Of a stretch of DNA of 33,734 bases, positions 25,335 through 33,734 are shown piece after piece; the stretch's first letter is position 1; every line of letters starts with the position of its first letter. The notes under the pieces were generated by a model that searched no databases, was not told where the DNA came from, and saw only the letters and a program-made list of their open reading frames with translations. Origin of the DNA: a virus (taxonomy: Duplodnaviria; Heunggongvirae; Uroviricota; Caudoviricetes); the IMG/VR virus record IMGVR_UViG_2778261657_000006, positions 1 to 33,734 of that record. One strand, 5' to 3'. A program made the translations under genes and the position numbers.

Positions 25335-26078
25335 ATGACAGAGACTGAATCAGTGATTCTGGCGCACGCCCGGCGATGTGCGCCAGCGGAGTCGTGCGGC
25401 TTCGTGGTGAGAACGCCGGAGGGGGAAAGGTATCTTCCCTGCGTGAATATCTCCGGTACTCCGGAGGCGTGTTTCCGGATGGTACCGGAAGACTGGCTGC
25501 GGGCACAAATACAGGGCGAGGTGGTGGCGCTGGTCCACAGCCATCCCGGTGGCTTGCCCTGGCTGAGTGAAGCCGACCGTCAGCTGCAGGTACAGAGTGA
25601 TTTGCCGTGGTGGCTGGTCTGCCGGGGTGAAATTCATAAATTCCGCTGCGTGCCACATCTGACCGGAAGGCGCTTTGAGCACGGGGTGACGGACTGTTAC
25701 ACGCTGTTCCGGGATGCTTATCATCTGGCAGGAATTGAGATACCGGATTTTCATCGTGAGGATGACTGGTGGCGTAACGGTCAGAATCTTTACCTGGATA
25801 ACATGGCAGATACCGGCTTTTACCCGGTCACCCTGTCAGCGGCGCAGCCGGGCGATGTGTTGCTGTGCTGCTTTGGTTCATCGGTGCCGAATCATGCCGC
25901 CATTTACTGTGGTGACGGCGAGCTGCTGCACCATATTCCTGAACAACTGAGTAAACGAGAGAGGTATACAGAAAAATGGCAGCGACGCACACACTCCCTC
26001 TGGCGGCACCGGGCATGGCACGCCTCTGCCTTTACGGGGATTTGCAACGATTTGGTCGCCGCATCGACCTTCGTGTGA
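25335..26078 (+). CDS. K: Tail assembly protein K (JAB/MPN and NlpC/P60 domains)
   Basis: HSHPGG JAMM motif and a downstream Cys-containing NlpC/P60-like region. The 3' end overlaps the I start by about 100 nt. Confidence 0.8.
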   Translation: MTETESVILAHARRCAPAESCGFVVRTPEGERYLPCVNISGTPEACFRMVPEDWLRAQIQGEVVALVHSHPGGLPWLSEADRQLQVQSDLPWWLVCRGEIHKFRCVPHLTGRRFEHGVTDCYTLFRDAYHLAGIEIPDFHREDDWWRNGQNLYLDNMADTGFYPVTLSAAQPGDVLLCCFGSSVPNHAAIYCGDGELLHHIPEQLSKRERYTEKWQRRTHSLWRHRAWHASAFTGICNDLVAASTFV

Positions 26079-26623
26079 AAACGGGGGCTGAAGCCATCCG
26101 GGCGCTGGCCACACAACTTCCGTCGTTTCGTCAGAAACTGAGTGACGGCTGGTATCAGGTACGTATCGCCGGGCGGGATGTCAGCGAGTCCGGGGTAACG
26201 GCACAGCTCCATGAGCCGTTACCGGACGGTGCGGTGATCCACATTGTTCCCCGGCTTGCCGGTGCAAAGCATGGCGGAATTTTTCAGACCATCCTGGGGG
26301 CTGTGGTTGTTGCGGTAGCCTGGTGGAACCCCGCGGGCTGGCTGGGTGCGGCAGCACTTACGGGGATGTATGCCGCCGGGGCCAGTATGATCCTCGGCGG
26401 GATAGCGCAGATGCTGACACCGGCCATCAAAACGCCGTCCATGGAGTCCGCGGATAACGGCAAACAGAACACCTTTTTTTCCTCGCTGGATAATATGATC
26501 GCCCAGGGGAATCCGTTACCGGTACTGTATGGTGAGATGCGTGTGGGGTCGCGTGTGATTTCACAGAGTATCAGTACTGCTGATGAGGGTGATGGTGGTC
26601 AGGTTGTGGTGATTGGTCGCTGA
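25976..26623 (+). CDS. I: Tail assembly protein I
   Basis: MAATHTLPLAAPGMARLCLYGDLQRFGRRIDLRVKTGAEAIRALATQLP... and C-terminal GEMRVGSRVISQSISTADEGDGGQVVVIGR match lambda gpI. Confidence 0.9.
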   Translation: MAATHTLPLAAPGMARLCLYGDLQRFGRRIDLRVKTGAEAIRALATQLPSFRQKLSDGWYQVRIAGRDVSESGVTAQLHEPLPDGAVIHIVPRLAGAKHGGIFQTILGAVVVAVAWWNPAGWLGAAALTGMYAAGASMILGGIAQMLTPAIKTPSMESADNGKQNTFFSSLDNMIAQGNPLPVLYGEMRVGSRVISQSISTADEGDGGQVVVIGR

Positions 26624-26642
26624 TGTAAAACGTTTTATGTGA

Positions 26643-26668
26643 AACCGCCTGCGGGCGGTTTTGTTGTT
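26643..26668 (+). terminator. Terminator-like hairpin between I and J
   Basis: aaccgcc-tgcg-ggcggtt stem followed by ttgttgtt. Confidence 0.35.
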
Positions 26669-26683
26669 AATGGAGCCAGATAA

Positions 26684-29600
26684 ATGGGTAAAGGTGGCAG
26701 CAAGGGGCACACTCCTCGCGAAGCGAAAGATAACCTGAAATCCACGCAGTTACTGAGCGTGATTGATGCGATCAGTGAAGGGCCGATTGAAGGTCCGGTG
26801 GACGGAATGAAAAGCGTGTTGCTGAACAGTACGCCGGTGCTGGACAGTGAAGGTAAGGCCAATTTCTCCGGGGTCACGGTGGTGTTCCGTGCCGGTGAGC
26901 AGGAGCAGACACCGCCGGAGGGATTTGAATCCTCCGGCTCCGAGACGGTGCTGGGTACGGAAGTGAAGTACGACACGCCGATTACCCGGACCATCACGTC
27001 TGCAAACATCGACCGTCTGCGCTTTACCTTCGGTGTGCAGGCACTGGTGGAAACCACCTCAAAGGGTGACAGGAATCCGTCGGAAGTCCGTCTGCTGGTT
27101 CAGATACAGCGTAATGGTGGCTGGGTGACGGAAAAAGACATCACCATTAAGGGCAAAACCACCTCGCAGTATCTGGCCTCGGTGGTGGTGGGTAACCTGC
27201 CGCCGCGCCCGTTTAATATCCGGATGCGCAGAATGACGCCGGACAGCACTACAGACCAGCTGCAGAACAAAACGCTCTGGTCGTCATACACCGAAATCAT
27301 CGATGTGAAACAGGGCTACCCGAACACGGCACTGGTCGGTGTACAGGTGGACTCGGAGCAGTTCGGCAGCCAGCAGGTGAGTCGTAATTATCATCTTCGC
27401 GGGCGCATTCTGCAGGTGCCGTCGAACTATAACCCGCAGACGCGGCAATACAGCGGTATCTGGGACGGAACGTTTAAACCGGCATACAGCAACAACATGG
27501 CCTGGTGTCTGTGGGATATGCTGACCCATCCGCGCTACGGCATGGGGAAACGTCTTGGTGCGGCAGATGTGGATAAATGGGCGCTGTATGTCATCGGCCA
27601 GTACTGCGACCAGTCGGTGCCGGACGGTTTTGGCGGTACGGAGCCGCGCATCACCTGTAATGCGTACCTGACCACACAGCGTAAGGCGTGGGATGTGCTC
27701 AGTGATTTCTGCTCGGCGATGCGCTGTATGCCGGTATGGAACGGGCAGACGCTGACGTTCGTGCAGGACCGGCCGTCGGATAAGGTGTGGACCTATAACC
27801 GCAGTAATGTGGTGATGCCGGATGATGGCGCGCCGTTCCGCTACAGTTTCAGCGCCCTGAAGGACCGCCATAATGCCGTTGAGGTGAACTGGATTGACCC
27901 GGATAACGGCTGGGAAACGGCAACAGAGCTTGTGGAGGACACGCAGGCCATTGCCCGTTACGGTCGTAATGTCACGAAGATGGATGCCTTTGGCTGTACC
28001 AGCCGGGGGCAGGCACACCGAGCCGGGCTGTGGCTGATTAAAACGGAGCTGCTGGAAACGCAGACCGTGGACTTCAGCGTGGGTGCTGAAGGGCTTCGCC
28101 ATGTGCCGGGCGATGTCATTGAAATCTGCGATGATGACTATGCCGGTATCAGCACCGGCGGGCGCGTGCTGGCGGTGAACAGCCAGACCCGGACGCTGAC
28201 GCTCGACCGTGAAATCACGCTGCCATCCTCCGGCACCACGCTGATAAGCCTGGTTGACGGAAATGGCAATCCGGTCAGCGTGGAGGTTCAGTCCGTCACC
28301 GACGGCGTGAAGGTGAAAGTGAGCCGGGTTCCTGACGGCGTTGCCGAGTACAGCGTGTGGGGGCTGAAGCTGCCGACGCTGCGCCAGCGCCTGTTCCGCT
28401 GCGTGAGTATCCGTGAGAACGACGACGGCACGTATGCCATCACCGCCGTGCAGCATGTACCGGAAAAAGAGGCCATCGTGGATAACGGGGCGCACTTTGA
28501 CGGCGACCAGAGCGGCACGGTGAATGGTGTCACGCCGCCAGCGGTGCAGCACCTGACCGCCGAAGTCACCGCAGACAGCGGGGAATATCAGGTGCTGGCG
28601 CGCTGGGACACGCCGAAGGTGGTGAAGGGGGGGAGCTTTATGCTTCGCCTGACCGTGGCCGCGGATGACGGCAGTGAGCGGCTGGTCAGCACGGCCCGGA
28701 CGACGGAAACCACTTACCGCTTCACACAACTGGCACTGGGGAACTACAGGCTGACAGTCCGGGCGGTAAATGCCCGGGGGCAGCGGGGCGATCCGGCGTC
28801 GGTATCGTTCCGGATTGCCGCACCGGCAGCACCGTCGAGGATTGAGCTGACGCCGGGCTATTTTCAGATAACCGCCACGCCGCATCTTGCCGTTTATGAC
28901 CCGACGGTACAGTTTGAGTTCTGGTTCTCGGAAAAGCGGATTACCGATATCAGGCAGGTTGAAACCACAGCCCGCTATCTTGGTACGGCGCTGTACTGGA
29001 TAGCCGCCAGTATCAATATTAAACCGGGCCATGATTATTACTTTTATATCCGCAGTGTGAACACCGTTGGCAAATCGGCATTCGTGGAGGCCGTCGGTCG
29101 GGCGAGCGATGATGCGGAAGGTTACCTGGATTTTTTCAAAGGCAAGATAACCGAATCCCATCTCGGCAAGGAGCTGCTGGAAAAAGTCGAGCTGACGGAG
29201 GATAACGCCAGCAGACTGGAGGAGTTTTCGAAAGAGTGGAAGGACGCCAACGATAAGTGGAATGCCATGTGGGCTGTCAAAATTGAGCAGACCAAAGACG
29301 GCAAACATTATGTCGCGGGTATTGGCCTCAGCATGGAGGACACGGAGGAAGGCAAACTGAGCCAGTTTCTGGTTGCCGCCAATCGTATCGCGTTTATTGA
29401 CCCGGCAAACGGGAATGAAACGCCGATGTTTGTGACGCAGGGCAACCAGATATTCATGAACGACGTGTTCCTGAAGCGCCTGACGGCCCCCACCATTACC
29501 AGCGGCGGCAATCCTCCGGCCTTTTCCCTGACACCGGACGGAAAGCTGACCGCTAAAAATGCGGATATCAGTGGCAGTGTGAATGCGAACTCCGGGACGC

Positions 29601-30082
29601 TCAGTAATGTGACGATAGCTGAAAACTGTACGATAAACGGTACGCTGAGGGCGGAAAAAATCGTCGGGGACATTGTAAAGGCGGCGAGCGCGGCTTTTCC
29701 GCGCCAGCGTGAAAGCAGTGTGGACTGGCCGTCAGGTACCCGTACTGTCACCGTGACCGATGACCATCCTTTTGATCGCCAGATAGTGGTGCTTCCGCTG
29801 ACGTTTCGCGGAAGTAAGCGTACTGTCAGCGGCAGGACAACGTATTCGATGTGTTATCTGAAAGTACTGATGAACGGTGCGGTGATTTATGATGGCGCGG
29901 CGAACGAGGCGGTACAGGTGTTCTCCCGTATTGTTGACATGCCAGCGGGTCGGGGAAACGTGATCCTGACGTTCACGCTTACGTCCACACGGCATTCGGC
30001 AGATATTCCGCCGGATACGTTTGCCAGCGATGTGCAGGTTATGGTGATTAAGAAACAGGCGCTGGGCATCAGCGTGGTCTGA
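26684..30082 (+). CDS. J: Tail tip / host specificity protein J (central tail fibre)
   Basis: 1132 aa. N-terminus [37 protein letters not shown] matches lambda gpJ. Confidence 0.92.
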   Translation: MGKGGSKGHTPREAKDNLKSTQLLSVIDAISEGPIEGPVDGMKSVLLNSTPVLDSEGKANFSGVTVVFRAGEQEQTPPEGFESSGSETVLGTEVKYDTPITRTITSANIDRLRFTFGVQALVETTSKGDRNPSEVRLLVQIQRNGGWVTEKDITIKGKTTSQYLASVVVGNLPPRPFNIRMRRMTPDSTTDQLQNKTLWSSYTEIIDVKQGYPNTALVGVQVDSEQFGSQQVSRNYHLRGRILQVPSNYNPQTRQYSGIWDGTFKPAYSNNMAWCLWDMLTHPRYGMGKRLGAADVDKWALYVIGQYCDQSVPDGFGGTEPRITCNAYLTTQRKAWDVLSDFCSAMRCMPVWNGQTLTFVQDRPSDKVWTYNRSNVVMPDDGAPFRYSFSALKDRHNAVEVNWIDPDNGWETATELVEDTQAIARYGRNVTKMDAFGCTSRGQAHRAGLWLIKTELLETQTVDFSVGAEGLRHVPGDVIEICDDDYAGISTGGRVLAVNSQTRTLTLDREITLPSSGTTLISLVDGNGNPVSVEVQSVTDGVKVKVSRVPDGVAEYSVWGLKLPTLRQRLFRCVSIRENDDGTYAITAVQHVPEKEAIVDNGAHFDGDQSGTVNGVTPPAVQHLTAEVTADSGEYQVLARWDTPKVVKGGSFMLRLTVAADDGSERLVSTARTTETTYRFTQLALGNYRLTVRAVNARGQRGDPASVSFRIAAPAAPSRIELTPGYFQITATPHLAVYDPTVQFEFWFSEKRITDIRQVETTARYLGTALYWIAASINIKPGHDYYFYIRSVNTVGKSAFVEAVGRASDDAEGYLDFFKGKITESHLGKELLEKVELTEDNASRLEEFSKEWKDANDKWNAMWAVKIEQTKDGKHYVAGIGLSMEDTEEGKLSQFLVAANRIAFIDPANGNETPMFVTQGNQIFMNDVFLKRLTAPTITSGGNPPAFSLTPDGKLTAKNADISGSVNANSGTLSNVTIAENCTINGTLRAEKIVGDIVKAASAAFPRQRESSVDWPSGTRTVTVTDDHPFDRQIVVLPLTFRGSKRTVSGRTTYSMCYLKVLMNGAVIYDGAANEAVQVFSRIVDMPAGRGNVILTFTLTSTRHSADIPPDTFASDVQVMVIKKQALGISVV

Positions 30083-30143
30083 GTGTGTTACAGAGGTTCG
30101 TCCGGGAACGGGCGTTTTATTATAAAACAGTGAGAGGTGAACG

Positions 30144-30764
30144 ATGCGTAATGTGTGTATTGCCGTTGCTGTATTTGCCGCACTTGCGGTGACAGTCACT
30201 CCGGCCCGTGCGGAAGGTGGACATGGTACGTTTACGGTGGGCTATTTTCAGGTGAAACCGGGTACATTGCCGTCGTTGTCGGGCGGGGATACCGGTGTGA
30301 GTCATCTGAAAGGGATTAACGTGAAGTACCGTTATGAGCTGACGGACAGTGTGGGGGTGATGGCTTCCCTGGGGTTCGCCGCGTCGAAAAAGAGCAGCAC
30401 AGTGATGACCGGGGAGGATACGTTTCACTATGAGAGCCTGCGTGGACGTTATGTGAGCGTGATGGCCGGACCGGTTTTACAAATCAGTAAGCAGGTCAGT
30501 GCGTACGCCATGGCCGGAGTGGCTCACAGTCGGTGGTCCGGCAGTACAAGGGATTACCGTAAGACGGAAATCACTCCCGGGTATATGAAAGAGACGACCA
30601 CCGCCAGGGACGAAAGTGCAATGCGGCATACCTCAGTGGCGTGGAGTGCAGGTATACAGATTAATCCGGCAGCGTCCGTCGTTGTTGATATTGCTTATGA
30701 AGGCTCCGGCAGTGGCGACTGGCGTACTGACGGATTCATCGTTGGGGTCGGTTATAAATTCTGA
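30144..30764 (+). CDS. lom: Lom-like outer membrane protein (Ail/Lom/OmpX family beta-barrel)
   Basis: Signal peptide ending in an ARAEG cleavage region, alternating beta-strand pattern, C-terminal ...GVGYKF. In the lom position after J. Confidence 0.85.
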   Translation: MRNVCIAVAVFAALAVTVTPARAEGGHGTFTVGYFQVKPGTLPSLSGGDTGVSHLKGINVKYRYELTDSVGVMASLGFAASKKSSTVMTGEDTFHYESLRGRYVSVMAGPVLQISKQVSAYAMAGVAHSRWSGSTRDYRKTEITPGYMKETTTARDESAMRHTSVAWSAGIQINPAASVVVDIAYEGSGSGDWRTDGFIVGVGYKF

Positions 30765-30791
30765 TTAGCCAGGTAACACAGTGTTATGACA

Positions 30792-30817
30792 GCCCGCCGG
30801 AACCGGTGGGCTTTTTT
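30792..30817 (+). terminator. Rho-independent terminator after lom
   Basis: gcccgccgg-aa-ccggtgggc stem followed by tttttt. Confidence 0.6.
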
Positions 30818-30828
30818 GTGGGGTGAAT

Positions 30829-33153
30829 ATGGCAGTAAAGATTTCAGGAGTCCTGAAAGACGGCACAGGAAAACCGGTACAGAACTGCACCATTCAGCTG
30901 AAAGCCAGACGTAACAGCACCACGGTGGTGGTGAACACGGTGGGCTCAGAGAATCCGGATGAAGCCGGGCGTTACAGCATGGATGTGGAGTACGGTCAGT
31001 ACAGTGTCATCCTGCAGGTTGACGGTTTTCCACCATCGCACGCCGGGACCATCACCGTGTATGAAGATTCACAACCGGGGACGCTGAATGATTTTCTCTG
31101 TGCCATGACGGAGGATGATGCCCGGCCGGAGGTGCTGCGTCGTCTTGAACTGATGGTGGAAGAGGTGGCGCGTAACGCGTCCGTGGTGGCACAGAGTACG
31201 GCAGACGCGAAGAAATCAGCCGGCGATGCCAGTGCATCAGCTGCTCAGGTCGCGGCCCTTGTGACTGATGCAACTGACTCAGCACGCGCCGCCAGCACGT
31301 CCGCCGGACAGGCTGCATCGTCAGCTCAGGAAGCGTCCTCCGGCGCAGAAGCGGCATCAGCAAAGGCCACTGAAGCGGAAAAAAGTGCCGCAGCCGCAGA
31401 GTCCTCAAAAAACGCGGCGGCCACCAGTGCCGGTGCGGCGAAAACGTCAGAAACGAATGCTGCAGCGTCACAACAATCAGCCGCCACGTCTGCCTCCACC
31501 GCGGCCACGAAAGCGTCAGAGGCCGCCACTTCAGCACGAGATGCGGTGGCCTCAAAAGAGGCAGCAAAATCATCAGAAACGAACGCATCATCAAGTGCCG
31601 GTCGTGCAGCTTCCTCGGCAACGGCGGCAGAAAATTCTGCCAGGGCGGCAAAAACGTCCGAGACGAATGCCAGGTCATCTGAAACAGCAGCGGAACGGAG
31701 CGCCTCTGCCGCGGCAGACGCAAAAACAGCGGCGGCGGGGAGTGCGTCAACGGCATCCACGAAGGCGACAGAGGCTGCGGGAAGTGCGGTATCAGCATCG
31801 CAGAGCAAAAGTGCGGCAGAAGCGGCGGCAATACGTGCAGAAAATTCGGCAAAACGTGCAGAAGATATAGCTTCAGCTGTCGCGCTTGAGGATGCGGACA
31901 CAACGAGAAAGGGGATAGTGCAGCTCAGCAGTGCAACCAACAGCACGTCTGAAACGCTTGCTGCAACGCCAAAGGCGGTTAAGGTGGTAATGGATGAAAC
32001 GAACAGAAAAGCCCCACTGGACAGTCCGGCACTGACCGGAACGCCAACAGCACCAACCGCGCTCAGGGGAACAAACAATACCCAGATTGCGAACACCGCT
32101 TTTGTACTGGCCGCGATTGCAGATGTTATCGACGCGTCACCTGACGCACTGAATACGCTGAATGAACTGGCCGCAGCGCTCGGGAATGATCCAGATTTTG
32201 CTACCACCATGACTAACGCGCTTGCGGGTAAACAACCGAAGAATGCGACACTGACGGCGCTGGCAGGGCTTTCCACGGCGAAAAATAAATTACCGTATTT
32301 TGCGGAAAATGATGCCGCCAGCCTGACTGAACTGACTCAGGTTGGCAGGGATATTCTGGCAAAAAATTCCGTTGCAGATGTTCTTGAATACCTTGGGGCC
32401 GGAGAGAATTCGGCCTTTCCGGCAGGTGCGCCGATCCCGTGGCCATCAGATATCGTTCCGTCTGGCTACGTCCTGATGCAGGGGCAGGCGTTTGACAAAT
32501 CAGCCTACCCAAAACTTGCTGTCGCGTATCCATCGGGTGTGCTTCCTGATATGCGAGGCTGGACAATCAAGGGGAAACCCGCCAGCGGTCGTGCTGTATT
32601 GTCTCAGGAACAGGATGGAATTAAGTCGCACACCCACAGTGCCAGTGCATCCGGTACGGATTTGGGGACGAAAACCACATCGTCGTTTGATTACGGGACG
32701 AAAACAACAGGCAGTTTCGATTACGGCACCAAATCGACGAATAACACGGGGGCTCATGCTCACAGTCTGAGCGGTTCAACAGGGGCCGCGGGTGCTCATG
32801 CCCACACAAGTGGTTTAAGGATGAACAGTTCTGGCTGGAGTCAGTATGGAACAGCAACCATTACAGGAAGTTTATCCACAGTTAAAGGAACCAACACACA
32901 GGGTATTGCTTATTTATCGAAAACGGACAGTCAGGGCAGCCACAGTCACTCATTGTCCGGTACAGCCGTGAGTGCCGGTGCACATGCGCATACAGTTGGT
33001 ATTGGTGCGCACCAGCATCCGGTTGTTATCGGTGCTCATGCCCATTCTTTCAGTATTGGTTCACACGGACACACCATCACCGTTAACGCTGCGGGTAACG
33101 CGGAAAACACAGTCAAAAACATTGCATTTAACTATATTGTGAGGCTTGCATAA
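30829..33153 (+). CDS. stf: Side tail fibre protein (Stf-like): lambda-type N-terminus, Ala/Ser-rich low-complexity shaft, C-terminal HxH-repeat tip domain
   Basis: N-terminus [36 protein letters not shown] matches lambda Stf. Long A/S/T-rich repeats. C-terminal [24 protein letters not shown] repeats and seven His-x-His motifs (HTHS, HAHS, HAHT, HSHS, HAHT, HQHP, HAHS, HGHT). Confidence 0.85.
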   Translation: MAVKISGVLKDGTGKPVQNCTIQLKARRNSTTVVVNTVGSENPDEAGRYSMDVEYGQYSVILQVDGFPPSHAGTITVYEDSQPGTLNDFLCAMTEDDARPEVLRRLELMVEEVARNASVVAQSTADAKKSAGDASASAAQVAALVTDATDSARAASTSAGQAASSAQEASSGAEAASAKATEAEKSAAAAESSKNAAATSAGAAKTSETNAAASQQSAATSASTAATKASEAATSARDAVASKEAAKSSETNASSSAGRAASSATAAENSARAAKTSETNARSSETAAERSASAAADAKTAAAGSASTASTKATEAAGSAVSASQSKSAAEAAAIRAENSAKRAEDIASAVALEDADTTRKGIVQLSSATNSTSETLAATPKAVKVVMDETNRKAPLDSPALTGTPTAPTALRGTNNTQIANTAFVLAAIADVIDASPDALNTLNELAAALGNDPDFATTMTNALAGKQPKNATLTALAGLSTAKNKLPYFAENDAASLTELTQVGRDILAKNSVADVLEYLGAGENSAFPAGAPIPWPSDIVPSGYVLMQGQAFDKSAYPKLAVAYPSGVLPDMRGWTIKGKPASGRAVLSQEQDGIKSHTHSASASGTDLGTKTTSSFDYGTKTTGSFDYGTKSTNNTGAHAHSLSGSTGAAGAHAHTSGLRMNSSGWSQYGTATITGSLSTVKGTNTQGIAYLSKTDSQGSHSHSLSGTAVSAGAHAHTVGIGAHQHPVVIGAHAHSFSIGSHGHTITVNAAGNAENTVKNIAFNYIVRLA

Positions 33154-33734
33154 TGGCATTCAGAATGAGTGAACAACCACGGACCATAAAAATTTATAAT
33201 CTGCTGGCCGGAACTAATGAATTTATTGGTGAAGGTGACGCATATATTCCGCCTCATACCGGTCTGCCTGCAAACAGTACCGATATTGCACCGCCAGATA
33301 TTCCGGCTGGCTTTGTGGCTGTTTTCAACAGTGATGAGGCATCGTGGCATCTCGTTGAAGACCATCGGGGTAAAACCGTCTATGACGTGGCTTCCGGCGA
33401 CGCGTTATTTATTTCTGAACTCGGTCCGTTACCGGAAAATTTTACCTGGTTATCGCCGGGAGGGGAATATCAGAAGTGGAACGGCACAGCCTGGGTGAAG
33501 GATACGGAAGCAGAAAAACTGTTCCGGATCCGGGAGGCGGAAGAAACAAAAAAAAGCCTGATGCAGGTAGCCAGTGAGCATATTGCGCCGCTTCAGGATG
33601 CTGCAGATCTGGAAATTGCAACGGAGGAAGAAACCTCGTTGCTGGAAGCCTGGAAGAAGTATCGGGTATTGCTGAACCGTGTTGATACATCAACTGCACC
33701 TGATATTGAGTGGCCGACTTCACCTGCAGAGTAA
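33153..33734 (+). CDS. tfa: Tail fibre assembly protein (Tfa chaperone)
   Basis: 193 aa directly downstream of, and overlapping, the stf stop. Typical Tfa position and size. Confidence 0.8.
   Translation: MAFRMSEQPRTIKIYNLLAGTNEFIGEGDAYIPPHTGLPANSTDIAPPDIPAGFVAVFNSDEASWHLVEDHRGKTVYDVASGDALFISELGPLPENFTWLSPGGEYQKWNGTAWVKDTEAEKLFRIREAEETKKSLMQVASEHIAPLQDAADLEIATEEETSLLEAWKKYRVLLNRVDTSTAPDIEWPTSPAE

Noticed and set aside
27284-29308. 674-aa ORF on the minus strand
   Set aside because: It lies entirely antisense to the J gene, whose product matches lambda gpJ from start to end. Long antisense ORFs are expected in GC-rich coding DNA, and it has no ribosome-binding site or recognisable motifs.
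31052-32276. Several long ORFs in other frames and on the minus strand (31052..31903, 31268..31870, 31326..32276) within stf
   Set aside because: They are generated by the GC-rich Ala/Ser-codon repeats of the tail-fibre shaft. Their products are low-complexity Pro/Arg/Gln or poly-Ala strings with no start signals.
1-33734. Integrase, attachment sites, IS elements or transposases
   Set aside because: No ORF with recognisable integrase or transposase motifs and no obvious terminal inverted repeats were seen. The window appears to lie wholly inside the prophage.

Overview
This window is a lambda-like, cos-packaging prophage segment of E. coli type, read in prophage order across the cos site. 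It runs from the end of the replication module (an initiator gene with internal iteron-like repeats), through a Qin/DLP12-like late-regulatory block (Hok toxin, DUF968 protein, RusA, Q antiterminator, candidate pR'/tR'), a Q-to-lysis cargo interval (ORF6N antirepressor-like gene, AraC-family regulator), a lysis cassette (holin-like proteins, GH108-type endolysin, small membrane proteins and a lipoprotein), an AT-rich cos-proximal region, and then a near-complete lambda-type morphogenesis operon (Nu1/A terminase, W, portal, ClpP-like protease/capsid fusion, FII, Z, U, V, G/T, H, M, L, K, I, J, lom, stf, tfa). The strongest candidate for a novel system is a very AT-rich island at about 1.6-4.5 kb carrying a 603-aa OLD-family ABC-ATPase/TOPRIM nuclease gene, a likely anti-phage or superinfection-exclusion gene, next to a Hok-family toxin locus. 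All calls rest on reading the translated ORFs and motifs by eye; no database search or computation was run, and no tRNA, CRISPR array, IS element, integrase or stx gene was seen.
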